In this document: positions 9,604 to 19,859 of the stretch, piece by piece
How positions within the stretch are numbered: position 1 is the first letter of the stretch
How the letters are laid out: each line of letters opens with the position of its first letter
Assembly (NCBI GenBank): GCA_963826115.1
Contig: CAWGVS010000002.1
Location: forward strand, 64,001-128,000
Source of the DNA: an uncultured Candidatus Rokubacteria bacterium
GTDB lineage: Bacteria > Methylomirabilota > Methylomirabilia > Rokubacteriales > DASRDR01
Direction: 5' to 3'
DNA: 64,000 nt
Position numbers and translations under genes: made by a program
The notes under the pieces: generated by a model
Databases searched by the model: none
Told to the model about the DNA's origin: nothing
What the model saw: the letters and a program-made list of their open reading frames with translations, nothing else

Positions 9604-10784
9604 CCGGCCCGGCCGGTGGCCCGCCGCCGCGGCCGATGGAGGCGCCGGCGTCCGCCGCCCAGGCGACCGTCGAGCGGCTCATCGCCCAGGTGGCGGGCGC
9701 GCTGACGACGAGCGCGCTCTATCCGCCGGCCCACCCCGCGGTCGGGGTCGCGCTCGCGCAGCTCCGGGACGGCGTCGTGGCGGCGTGCGACGAGCGGCGG
9801 CAGGACGCGCTCACCTTCCTCCGCCTGGACGACGAGATCGTGGTGGACGGGCGGCCCCTCCGGACCGGCGCCCTCTACCTCCAGCCGTTCATCCGCGCGC
9901 TCCGGCGGAGCGACGTGGCGCGCCTCACGCTCGCGCGCGACGTGGACCCGGAGGAGTGCCGGGACCTCGTCGACGCGCTCGCAGCCGGCCGCCGCCCCGA
10001 GTCGACCGCCCACGTCGTGGTCGGCCAGGTCGAGATCGCCTCGCCGGGCAGCGCGCCCGGCGAGCCGCCGCCCCCGGGCGCGCGGCGCGGGGGCGGCGGG
10101 GGCGGTGGCGTCTCGGGCCAGCACGTCGAGCTCGCGCGGGACGTCTTCGCGCGCATCCGGCACGAGGGCGTGACGGGGCTCGACCCCGTGGAGGAGCTGG
10201 TCTGGGGGCTCGCGGACGCGGTCGCGCGCTCGACCCAGGCCGTGCTTCCCACCGTCCCGCTGAAGTCGCACGACGAGTACACGTTCGTCCACTCGGTCAA
10301 CGTGTCGCTCCTGGTCCTGGCCCAGGCCCGCGGCTTCGGGTTCGACGGGCCGCTCCTCCACGCGATCGGCGTCGCGGCGCTCCTCCACGACGTGGGCAAG
10401 CTCCGCGTTCCGCTCGACGTCCTGAACAAGGCCGGGAAGCTCTCCGGCGACGAGTGGACGACGATGGCGAGCCACGCGGAGCTGGGCGCGTGGGAGCTCG
10501 GCGCCCTCGCGAACAGCGCGCCGCTCTCGATCCTGGTCGCCTTCGAGCACCACCTCCGCTACGACGGCGAGCCCAACTACCCGGCGGTGCGCGTCGCGCG
10601 GGCGCCGAGCCTCGCGAGCCAGCTGACGGCGATCGCCGACGTCTACGACGCCATCTGCACGGTTCGGCCGTACCGCCGCGCGCTCTCCCAGGCCGCCGCG
10701 CTGGACGTGCTCCGGGGGCGCGCCGGCACGTTCCACGATCCGTACCTGGTCGGCCAGTTCTGCCAGCTGGTCACGACCGGGTAG
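9600..10784 (+). CDS. HD-GYP-like phosphohydrolase
   Basis: HDEYTFVHSVNV, LLHDVGK, EHHLRYDGEPNYP, IADVYDAICTVRPYRRA; ATGA overlap with the HEAT gene. Confidence 0.9.
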   Translation: MTGPAGGPPPRPMEAPASAAQATVERLIAQVAGALTTSALYPPAHPAVGVALAQLRDGVVAACDERRQDALTFLRLDDEIVVDGRPLRTGALYLQPFIRALRRSDVARLTLARDVDPEECRDLVDALAAGRRPESTAHVVVGQVEIASPGSAPGEPPPPGARRGGGGGGGVSGQHVELARDVFARIRHEGVTGLDPVEELVWGLADAVARSTQAVLPTVPLKSHDEYTFVHSVNVSLLVLAQARGFGFDGPLLHAIGVAALLHDVGKLRVPLDVLNKAGKLSGDEWTTMASHAELGAWELGALANSAPLSILVAFEHHLRYDGEPNYPAVRVARAPSLASQLTAIADVYDAICTVRPYRRALSQAAALDVLRGRAGTFHDPYLVGQFCQLVTTG

Positions 10785-10816
10785 CGCCGCTCCGCCCGAG
10801 GCGCCCGGACTCCCCG

Positions 10817-13800
10817 ATGCAGTGCCCGCGGTGCCGTCACGAGAACCCGCCGCCCGCGAAGTTCTGCCAGGAGTGCGGGCAGCGGCTCCCCGCCGCCTGC
10901 CCGGCGTGCGGCGCGCCGCTCCCGGAGTCGGCGAAGTTCTGCCCGGAGTGCGGCCACCCGGTCGGGGCCGCCTCGGCGCCGGCCCCGGCGGCCGCGCCAG
11001 CGCCGGTCGCGCCGGCGGCGCGGACACCCGCCGCCTACACGCCGCGCCACCTCGCCGAGCGGATCCTCACCACCCGGAGCGCGCTGGAGGGCGAGCGGAA
11101 GCCCGTCACGGTGCTCTTCTGCGACCTCGTCGGGTCCACCGCGCTCGCCGAGCGGCTCGGGGCGGAGGGGATGCACGTCCTCGTGAGCGCGTTCTTCGAG
11201 ACCGCGCTCGCCGAGGTCCATCGCTACGAGGGCACCGTCAACCAGTTTCTCGGCGACGGCTTCATGGCGCTCTTCGGCGCGCCCCTCGCCCACGAGGACC
11301 ACGCGCGGCGCGCCGCCCTTGCCGCGCTCGGCGTCGCCCGCGCGCTCCGCGACCGGCCGATCGCCGTGGCCCCGGGCGCCGACGTCGCCCTCACGGTCCG
11401 CATGGGCCTCCACACCGGCTTCGTGATCGTCGGCGCGATCGGCGACAACCTGCGGATGGACTACACCGCCATCGGCGACACGACGCACCTCGCCGCGCGC
11501 CTCCAGCAGCTCGCCGAACCGGGCGCGATCCTCGCGAGCGAGGCCACGTGGCGCCAGGTCGAGGGCTACGTCCGCGGGGAGCGGGTCGGGCCCGCCCAGG
11601 TCAAGGGCCGCACCGAGCCCGTCGTCGTCTTCCGGCTCCTCGGCGTGGGGCCGCGCCGCTCGCCGCTCGAGGGGCTCGGCCCTCGAGGGCTCAGCCACTT
11701 CGTCGGCCGCGAGCGCGAGCTCGAGACCTTGCGCGATCTCTTCGCCCTCGCCGAGGAGGGGCGCGGGCAGGCCGTCGGCATCGTCGGGGAGCCGGGCGTC
11801 GGCAAGTCGCGCCTCCTCCTCGAGTTTCGCCGGGGCCTCGCGGGGCGCCGCGTCACCTACCTTCAAGGCCGGTGCCTCTCGTACGGGGCGGCCATCCCGT
11901 ACGTGCCCGTCATCGACGTCGTGCGGGCGAACTGCGGGATCGCCGAGACCGACGGGCCGGACGCGGTCGCCGAGAAGCTCCGCTTCGGGATCCAGGAGAT
12001 CGGCATGGACCCGGGCGCCGCGGCGCCGTACCTCCTCCGGCTCCTGGGCGGCCGGGATCCGAGCGGCGCGCTCGATGGGCTCTCGCCCGAGGTGATCAAG
12101 ACCCGGACGTTCGACGCCCTCCGGCAGATGTCGCTCCACGGGAGCCGCCGGCGCCCACTCGTGCTGGAGATCGAGGACCTCCACTGGGTGGACCGGACGT
12201 CGGAGGAGTACCTCACGTTCCTGGCCGAGAGCCTGGCGGGCGCGCCGGTCTTGCTGATCGCGACCTACCGGCCCGGGTACCGGCCGCCCTGGAGCGACCG
12301 GTCGTTCGCGACCCAGCTCTCCCTCCGGCCCCTGGCCGGGGACGAGAGCCGGTCGATCGTCCGCTCGCTGCTCCCTGCCGGCGACGCCGGCGCCTTCCCT
12401 GGAGCAGCTGATCCTCGACAAGGCCGAGGGCAATCCCTTCTTTCTCGAAGAGCTGACGCGTGCCGTCGGCGAGCAGGGCCTCGGGGCGGGCCTCCCCGTC
12501 CCCGACACCGTCCACGGCGTCCTCACCGCGCGCATCGACCGGCTCGCCGAGGACGACAAGCGCGCGCTCCAGACCGCCTCGGTGCTCGGCCGCGAGTTCA
12601 CGCCGGCCCTCCTCGCCGCCATCTGGGACGGGCCCGGTCCCGTCGAGCCACGCCTCCGCGAGCTCGCGCGGCTCGAGTTCCTGTTCGTGCGGCCGGCCGG
12701 CGACGAGGTCGTGTACGCGTTCAAGCACGCGCTCACCCAGGACGTGGCGGAGGCGACGCTCCTGCCGTCGCGGCGGCGCGAGCTCCACCACAAGGCCGGC
12801 GACGCGCTCGAGCGCCTGAATCCCGAGCGCCTCGACGAGCTCGCGCCGCGGCTCGCCCACCACTACGGCGAGGCGGAGGCGTGGGCCCCGGCCGCGCGGC
12901 ACGCGCTCGCGGCGGCCGAGGCGGCCCGCGCCGTGTTCGCGAACCGGGAGGCGCTCGTCCGCTACGACCTGGCCATCCTCGCCGCCGACCGCGCCGAGCT
13001 CCCGCCGGCCGAGCGGCTCCGGCCGCGAGAGGGGCGCGCGGACGTCCACGCCGTCCTCGGCGACTTCGAGCGCGCCCGCGCGGACTACGAGGCGGCCCTC
13101 GGGCTCGCAAGCGCGGTGGCGGACCCCCTCGCAGAGGCGCGCATCCTCGGCACGCTCGCGGCGCTCTGGGGCGGCCACAAGGACTACGACCGGGGCCTCG
13201 CGCTGAGCCGCGAGGCGGTCCGCGTGGCGGAGCGCGCGGGCGACACCGCCGAGGCGCGGCGAGTCTCCGCCGAGACGCGGCTCCGCGTCGGCCTGATGGA
13301 GCTGAACCTCGCGCGGATGACCGCGAGCCGGCAGGACCTCGGTCGCGCCCTCGCGCTCTTCCGCGAGCTCGACGACGTGGGCGGCGAGGCGCGGGCGCTC
13401 GACGCCCTCTCGATGGCGCACCTCGTCTCGGGAGACCTCGACGGCGCCATCGGGCACGGGCAGGAGGCGATCCCGCGCCTGGTCCAGGTCGGCGACCGGA
13501 ACACCGAGGCCTCCTGCCGCGCGAACCTCGCCTGGTCCCTCCTCTACCGCGGGCGCCGAACGGAGGGCGAGCCGAGCATCGCCCAGGCCCTCGAGCTGGC
13601 CCGGGCGATCGGCGCGCGGGCGATGGAGACCTACGTCCACGCGTCGGCGGGCGGGCTGGTCGAGGCGTACGGCGAGTGGGGCCGGTCCTTCAGCGAGTCC
13701 GAGACGGCGCTGGCGATCGCCCGGGAGCTCGGCCACCGCGAGTGGACCGCCGCGGCCCTCTCGGCGCTCGGGCGCGTGCGCCGGAACTGCGGCGACACGG

Positions 13801-14399
13801 CCGGCGCCCGGGCCGGCCACGAGGAGATGCTCGGTATCGCGCGCGAGCTCGGTAGCCCGCTCTGGATCGCGGACGCGCTGAGCGAGCTGGGACACGACCT
13901 CGTGGCCGCGGGCGAGCTCGGCGAGGGCGAGCGCCGGCTCGCCGAGGCGATCGACGCCGCGCGCGAGGCCCTCCAGTTCACGGTGCGCCCCAGGATCGCC
14001 CTGATGGAGCTCGCACTGCGAACCGGGCGGCCGGGCGATGCGCTCGACCAGTGGGCGAGGCTCCCGCCCAGCGCCGCCCAGTTCGCCGTGTACGCGCTCG
14101 ACGCGCGACGCGTGGAGGCCGAGGCCCTCGCGGCCCTCGGGCGCTGCGACGAGGTCGAGGCGCGCCTCCGGGCGGTCCGGGCCGACGCCGCGACGCTCGG
14201 CGGCATCCCCGCCGGCTGGCGCGCGAGCCTCGCGCTGGCGCGCCTCCTCGAGGCCGCCGGTCGCGGGGACGAGGCGCAGGCCGCGCGCGCCGACGCCCGC
14301 CGCGGGCTCGAGAGGGTGGCGGCCGGGCTCACGGGCGCGCCCGACCTCCTCCGCGGGTTCAAGGCATCGGCCCCGTACCGGGAGGCCTTCGGCAGCTAG
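10817..14399 (+). CDS. Double zinc ribbon + class III adenylate/guanylate cyclase + AAA ATPase + TPR protein, with 1-bp frameshift near 12395
   Basis: CPRC..FCQEC..CPAC..FCPEC; ERKPVTVLFCDLVGST; FLGDGFMALFGAP; GEPGVGKS; IEDLHWVD; continuation LEQLILDKAEGNPFFLEEL in the next frame joins ORF 12582..14399. Confidence 0.9.
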
Positions 14400-14425
14400 C
14401 CCGCCGCCGGCGGTCGGCGCCGGCG

Positions 14426-15583
14426 CTACGCGGCGCGGCGAATCGCGGGCCGCGGCCACCGCCCGAGCGCGAGCGGAACGCAGGCGAGACACGCGAGGCC
14501 GAGCGTCACGTACAGGATCGCCGGCGACGACACCGAGAGGACCGAGGTCGCGAGGACGGGGCCGATGAAGGACCCGCCGATGCGCGCCGAGTTGATGATG
14601 CCGATCGCGCCCCCGCTCCCCCGCTGCGCGGTCCGCGCGACCACCAGGGGGAAGATCGGCGCCGCGAACAGGACCTGGAGGAACCGCACGGCCGCGAACC
14701 CCCAGGCGCTCTGCGGGAGCGCCATCGCGGCCATCAGGAGCCCCGAGGAGACGAGCAGCGCCGCGATCAGCGTCGATTCCGGCAGGAGCGCCGCCAGGCG
14801 CGGCGTCGCCAGCGCGCCGAGGCCGGCGGCCACGGCCGACACGAAGACGAGGAGGCCGCCCACCTCCACGACGCGGTCGGGCGCGACGCCCAGGCGCGGG
14901 AGGATCTCGGGCAGCACGGCCGTCAGGAAGAAGAGCTGGTTCGAGACCGCCAGGACGAGCGCCACCGGGAGGACGAGGTCGCGGACGCGCACCGGCGAGG
15001 TCTCGAGCCGCGGGCGCTGGAGGTGAGGCGGGAGCCGCACCCCCCACTGCACGAACGCCGCCGATCCGAGGAGGATCACGCCGCCCAGCACGAACGACGG
15101 CCGGAACCCGACGCGCGCCGCGGCCGCCGCGCCGCCGAGTGGCCCCAGCACCTGCCCCATGGTCATCGCGAGCTGGACCGCCGCCACCTCGCGGCGCACC
15201 TCCCCGGGGTCGGTCCGCCGGCTCGCGATGATGAAGGCGAGCGTCGACGCCGCCCCCATCGCACCCAGGATCAGGCGGGCGACGAAGAGCTGCGGCAGCG
15301 TGTGGGCGATCGCCATCCCCATGAAGGCCAGGCCCTGGAAGACCTGCACCAGGGTGTACTGCTGGCGCGGATCGCCGCGCTCGCCCACCCGGCCCCAGGC
15401 CGGGCTCGTCAAGACCGTCACGAGCGAGGAGATACCGAGGATCCAGCCGGCCCAGCGGAGCGTGGTCCCGGGGTCGTAGGTGGTGATCGACTGGATGTAG
15501 AAGGGCAGGCTGATGAAGGCGAACGACCACGCGAAGCTCCCGAGGAACATCGAGATCGTGAGGGGGCCGGCGATCCGGGGCAT
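14426..15583 (-). CDS. MFS transporter
   Basis: About 12 hydrophobic segments; WGRVGERGDPR motif A variant; ARLILG. Confidence 0.9.
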   Translation of the reverse strand: MPRIAGPLTISMFLGSFAWSFAFISLPFYIQSITTYDPGTTLRWAGWILGISSLVTVLTSPAWGRVGERGDPRQQYTLVQVFQGLAFMGMAIAHTLPQLFVARLILGAMGAASTLAFIIASRRTDPGEVRREVAAVQLAMTMGQVLGPLGGAAAAARVGFRPSFVLGGVILLGSAAFVQWGVRLPPHLQRPRLETSPVRVRDLVLPVALVLAVSNQLFFLTAVLPEILPRLGVAPDRVVEVGGLLVFVSAVAAGLGALATPRLAALLPESTLIAALLVSSGLLMAAMALPQSAWGFAAVRFLQVLFAAPIFPLVVARTAQRGSGGAIGIINSARIGGSFIGPVLATSVLSVSSPAILYVTLGLACLACVPLALGRWPRPAIRRAA

Positions 15584-15637
15584 GCGGGGCCTCGCGCTAC
15601 GGAACGGGCGCCCGGCGGGCGGCTCGGCCGCGGCGGC

Positions 15638-16918
15638 TCAATCGCGGAGGAGCAGGCGCGGGCCCACCAGCGTGAGCCATGGCCAGTAGGTCACCACCCC
15701 CAGCATCAGGACCATGACGGCCAGGTACGGCCAGAGCGGCCGCAGGACGCGCGAGAGGGGCTCGCGGGAGATGGAGCACGCGACGAAGAGGCACGTCCCC
15801 ACCGGCGGCGTCACGTAGCCGATACCGAGGTTCGCCAGGAGGATGATCCCGAAGTGGACCACGTCGATCCCGAACCGCTCCGCCATCGGCAAGAGGATCG
15901 GCACCAGGATCACCAGGAGGGCCGTCGCGTTCAGGAAGCAGCCGCCGATCAGGAACAGGACGTTCACCAGCACGAGGAACACCCAGGGGCTCGGCGAGAG
16001 CGCGAGGATCAGGCTCGCCAGGGTCGCCGGGACGCGGTGCACGGTGAGCACCCACGCGAAGAGACCGGCCAGCCCGAGGAGGAGGCTCACGATCCCGGTC
16101 GTGACGGCCGACTCGGTCAGGAGCCGCGGCATGTCCCGCCATCCGAGCTCGCGGTAGTAGAAGAGCGCCACCGCGAGGCCATAGAGGACCGCCACCGCGG
16201 CCGACTCGGTGGCGGTGAAGATGCCGCCGAAGATGCCGCCGAGGATGATCACCGGCATGATCAGCGCCGGAAGCGCCTCCAGTACGGCGCGCCGGATTTC
16301 GGCGGCGGTTGCCCGCGGCTCGGTCGGGAGCCCGTGGCGGCGGGCATAGATCCACGTGTAGAGCATGAGCGCCGCCGCCGTGGCCAAGCACGGGAGGAAG
16401 CCGGCGGCGAAGATCGCGGCCACCGAAGCGTTCGCGAGCCAGCCGTAGATCACGCCGGTGATGCTGGGCGGGATCAGGACCGCCATGCCGCCCGCCACCG
16501 CGACGATGGCCGTGGCGAACGGCGCCGGGTAGCCGAGGCGGATCATCGCCGGGATCGTCACGGAGCCGATGGCGGCCGCGTCGGCGGCCGACGAGCCCGA
16601 GACCTCCGAGAAGAAGATCGTCGCGACGATCACGACCAGACCGAGGCCCCCGGGCAGGTGGCGCACGAGGACGTTGGCGAGGTTCACGAGCCGCCGGCCC
16701 ACCCCGCCCGTCTCGAGGAACGCGCCGGCCAGGACGAAGAGCGGCACGGCCAGCACCGGGAACGAGTCGAGCGACGTGAAGATCTTCTGCGGGAGGACCA
16801 GGAGCGGCGTGCGCCCGTCGACGACCGTCGTCACCAGCGCGGCGAGCCCCAGCGAGAAGGAGACGGGGGCGTTCAGGAGGAGGAGCGCGCCGAAGACCCC
16901 GAACAGGAGCGCCGTCAC
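15638..16918 (-). CDS. dctM: TRAP transporter large permease (DctM)
   Basis: SFPVLAVPLFVLAG, SGSSAADAAAIG, LIPPSI, GIFTATESAA, TPPVG; GTG start overlaps dctQ stop. Confidence 0.93.
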   Translation of the reverse strand: MTALLFGVFGALLLLNAPVSFSLGLAALVTTVVDGRTPLLVLPQKIFTSLDSFPVLAVPLFVLAGAFLETGGVGRRLVNLANVLVRHLPGGLGLVVIVATIFFSEVSGSSAADAAAIGSVTIPAMIRLGYPAPFATAIVAVAGGMAVLIPPSITGVIYGWLANASVAAIFAAGFLPCLATAAALMLYTWIYARRHGLPTEPRATAAEIRRAVLEALPALIMPVIILGGIFGGIFTATESAAVAVLYGLAVALFYYRELGWRDMPRLLTESAVTTGIVSLLLGLAGLFAWVLTVHRVPATLASLILALSPSPWVFLVLVNVLFLIGGCFLNATALLVILVPILLPMAERFGIDVVHFGIILLANLGIGYVTPPVGTCLFVACSISREPLSRVLRPLWPYLAVMVLMLGVVTYWPWLTLVGPRLLLRD

Positions 16919-17379
16919 GGGGAGGCGGTCCCGCGGCAGCGCCGGCGCGCGCTGGCGGCGAGACTCCATGCCATCAGCAGGGCGGCCACCGGGATCGCCG
17001 CATAGGGCCAGGTCATGGGGATCTCGAGGGCCGCCGACGGCTGCTCGCGGACGCGCCATGCGAGCGACGCGCCGTGCCAGGCGAGGAGGGCGGCGAAGGC
17101 GGCGCACAGGAGGTCGATGCCCGCCGCGAGCCGGCGCGCGACGCCCCCCGGGAAGCGGGTCGTCAGGAGATCGAGCGAGAAGTGCACGCCGCGGTCGACC
17201 CCGAGGGCGGCCCCGAGGAGCGCCACCCACACGAACAGGTAGCGCGCGGCTTCCTCGGGCCAGGCCGCCGGATGCTGGAAGACGTAGCGCGTCAGGACCT
17301 GGAAAGCGACCACGCCGGTGATCGCCGCCATCAGGCCGGCCGACACCAACTCGACCAGCCGGCGGACGGCCGGCGTCAC
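16915..17379 (-). CDS. dctQ: TRAP transporter small permease (DctQ)
   Basis: QVLTRYVF..WPEEAARYLFVW..HFSLDLL; 4 TM; lies between dctP and dctM. Confidence 0.9.
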   Translation of the reverse strand: MTPAVRRLVELVSAGLMAAITGVVAFQVLTRYVFQHPAAWPEEAARYLFVWVALLGAALGVDRGVHFSLDLLTTRFPGGVARRLAAGIDLLCAAFAALLAWHGASLAWRVREQPSAALEIPMTWPYAAIPVAALLMAWSLAASARRRCRGTASP

Positions 17380-18365
17380 CGGAGCGCCTGGATCTGCCGG
17401 ATCTTCTCGAGCCCGATGCCCTTGCCGTACTGCTCGTAGACGGCCTGCACGGCCTTCTGGTAGGGACCGAGGTCGTCGGGCACCACCACGGTCCGTCCCT
17501 TGGCCCGGAGCTCGGTGAGGTTGCGGTTCTCCTCTTCCTCGTTGATCTGCCGCTCGAACACGAGCGAGTCACGGAACGCCTGCTCGAGCGGCCCACGGAC
17601 GTCAGCCGGCAGCGCCTGCCATCGGGACTCCGCGATCCCCACGACCACGACCGTGATCAGGTACCGGATGTGGAGGACGTGGGGCGCGACCTCGTCGAGC
17701 TTCGAGGTCCGGTACGTCACGATGTTCCCCTCGCCCGCGTCGACGACGCCCGACTGGAGCGCCGAGTACACCTCCGGGAACGGGATGGGCGTCGGGATCG
17801 ATCCCAGCGCGCGCCAGGTCGCGGTGACGATCGGGGCCTCGAGCGTCCGGACCTTCAGCCCCTTCAGGTCGTCCATGCCGCGGAGGGGCTTCCGCGCGTA
17901 CACGCCGCGCGTCCCTCCGGTGTAGAAACCGAGGACGCGGATGCCCTTCTTCAGCGCGGCCGCCCGCATCTCGGCGCCGCCCGGGCCGTCGAGGTAAGCA
18001 TGGAGGTGGGCGAAGTCGCGGAAGAGGAACGGGAGGTCCAGCACCTCCAGCTCCTTGACGACCCGGCTCGCGACCGCGGCCGTGGGCATCGCCATCTCGA
18101 CGGTGCCCACCTGCATCCCCTCGACCATCTCACGCGACCCGCCGAGCTGGGCCGAGGGGAACACCTGGACGTCGAGCCGGCCGTTCGTCAGCTCGCTGGC
18201 TCGCTTGCTCATCACCTCCGCCGCCCGCGTGTAGGGATGCCGCGGGTCGACCTCGAGCGCGTAGCGGAGCGTGACCTTGTCCTGCGCCGTCACGCGCGTC
18301 GCCGCGGCGCCGGTCGCGCAGAGCGTCACGAGGGCGAGAAGCGCGAGCCGCCAATCGGGTCTCAT
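17376..18365 (-). CDS. dctP: TRAP transporter substrate-binding protein (DctP)
   Basis: Signal peptide; VFPSAQLG, DLPFLF, DLKGLKVRT, EVYSALQSGVVDAGE; AGGAGG SD. Confidence 0.93.
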   Translation of the reverse strand: MRPDWRLALLALVTLCATGAAATRVTAQDKVTLRYALEVDPRHPYTRAAEVMSKRASELTNGRLDVQVFPSAQLGGSREMVEGMQVGTVEMAMPTAAVASRVVKELEVLDLPFLFRDFAHLHAYLDGPGGAEMRAAALKKGIRVLGFYTGGTRGVYARKPLRGMDDLKGLKVRTLEAPIVTATWRALGSIPTPIPFPEVYSALQSGVVDAGEGNIVTYRTSKLDEVAPHVLHIRYLITVVVVGIAESRWQALPADVRGPLEQAFRDSLVFERQINEEEENRNLTELRAKGRTVVVPDDLGPYQKAVQAVYEQYGKGIGLEKIRQIQALR

Positions 18366-18537
18366 GCGTGTCCTCCTGGTGCGGGATCCGCGCCGGCCGG
18401 CGCTGGGCCGATAGTCCGTGGCGGCGCCGGACACTGTCAAGGGCCCCGCGGTCAGCGGGCACGCGCCCGTTGCGCCCGTCAACAACCCCGTCGGACAATG
18501 CCGGCGGGCCCCGAGGCGGGCCGGAGGGAGCTGCCGG

Positions 18538-19780
18538 ATGTCGCTGACCCTGCTCAAGAACGCGAAGCTCCTCGACCCCACGAAGTCCGACCTCCAGGAC
18601 GGCGTGGCCGTGCTCGTCGAGGGCGGCCGGATCCGGGAGGTCTCGCCCCGGCCGATCCGCGCGGCCGGCGCGACCGTCGTCGACGTGGGCGGCCGGACGC
18701 TCATGCCGGGACTGATCGACTGCCACGTCCACGTGTTCCTGCCCGAGGTCAACATCCGGGCGCTCGAGGCGGTGCCCCTCACCCTTCTGACCGCGCGGGC
18801 GGCGCCCCTCATGCGCGCCATGCTGGACCGGGGCTTCACGACCGTGCGCGACACCGGCGGCGCCGACTGGGGCATCCGGGAGGCGGTCGAGCGCGGCTAT
18901 CTCCCCGGCCCGCGGCTCTTCATCGCGGGGCGCGCGATCGGCCAGACGAGCGGCCACAGCGACCCGCGGCGACGGACCGACCTCGGCGGCGGCTGCCCGA
19001 CCGAGAACGCCATGGCGTTCACCATGGCCATCGCCGACGGCGTGACCGAGGTGCGGCGGGCCGTCCGCGAGCAGCTCCGCCAGGGCGCCGACCACATCAA
19101 GATCATGGTGTCGGGCGGCGTGGCCTCGCCCTACGACCCGCTCGACAGCCTCCAGTACTCGACCGGACGAGATCCGCGCCGCGGTCGAGGAGGCCACGGC
19201 GTTCAAGCGCTACGTCTGCGCTCACGCCTACCCCGCGAACGCGATCGCGCGCGCCATCGAGTGCGGAGTCCGAGTGATCGAGCACGGGAACCTGATCGAC
19301 GCGCCCACGGCGAAGCTCATGGCGAAGAAGGAAGCGTTCCTCGTCCCGACGCTCGTGGCCTACGACGCGATCCGCCGCCACGCCGCCGAGTTCGGCATGG
19401 GGCCGGAGAACCTCGAGAAGAACACGGTCGTGCTGGAGGCGGGCCTCCGCTCTCTCGAGCTCGCCAAGCGCGCGGGCGTCCGCATGGCGTTCGGGTCGGA
19501 CCTCCTGGGCCAGCTCCAGCCCGACCAGTCGAAGGAGTTCCTCCTGCGGAGCGAGGCGCTGAGCCCGCAGGAGATCATCCACGCGGCGACGATCGTCGGG
19601 GCCGAGCTCCTCGGTCGCCCCGGCGAGCTCGGAGTGATCGCGCCCGGTGCCCTCGCCGACCTCCTGGTGGTCGACGGGAATCCCCTGAAGGACCTGGGCC
19701 TCTTCCAGGAACAGGGCGCGCACATCCCGGTCGTGATGCAGGACGGGCGCTTCCACCGGAACCGGCTCGGCGCCGGATGA
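18538..19780 (+). CDS. Metal-dependent amidohydrolase (prolidase-like), with 1-bp frameshift near 19165
   Basis: MPGLIDCHVH, GFTTVRDTGG, GADHIKIMVSGGVAS; after the shift AHAY, IEHGN, FGSD, ADLLVVDGNP. Confidence 0.9.
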
Positions 19781-19859
19781 CGGCCACCGTGGCGGTCGGC
19801 AGCTTCGCCGCGCGGCCGACGTCCTGGCCTGAGCGACGCGGGCTTCGCGAGGGCGTCAG

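Noticed and set aside
9593-13855. 1420-aa ORF as a single protein
   Set aside because: Only 10817-12395 is real cyclase sequence; the start shadows the HD-GYP gene and the end is post-frameshift read-through
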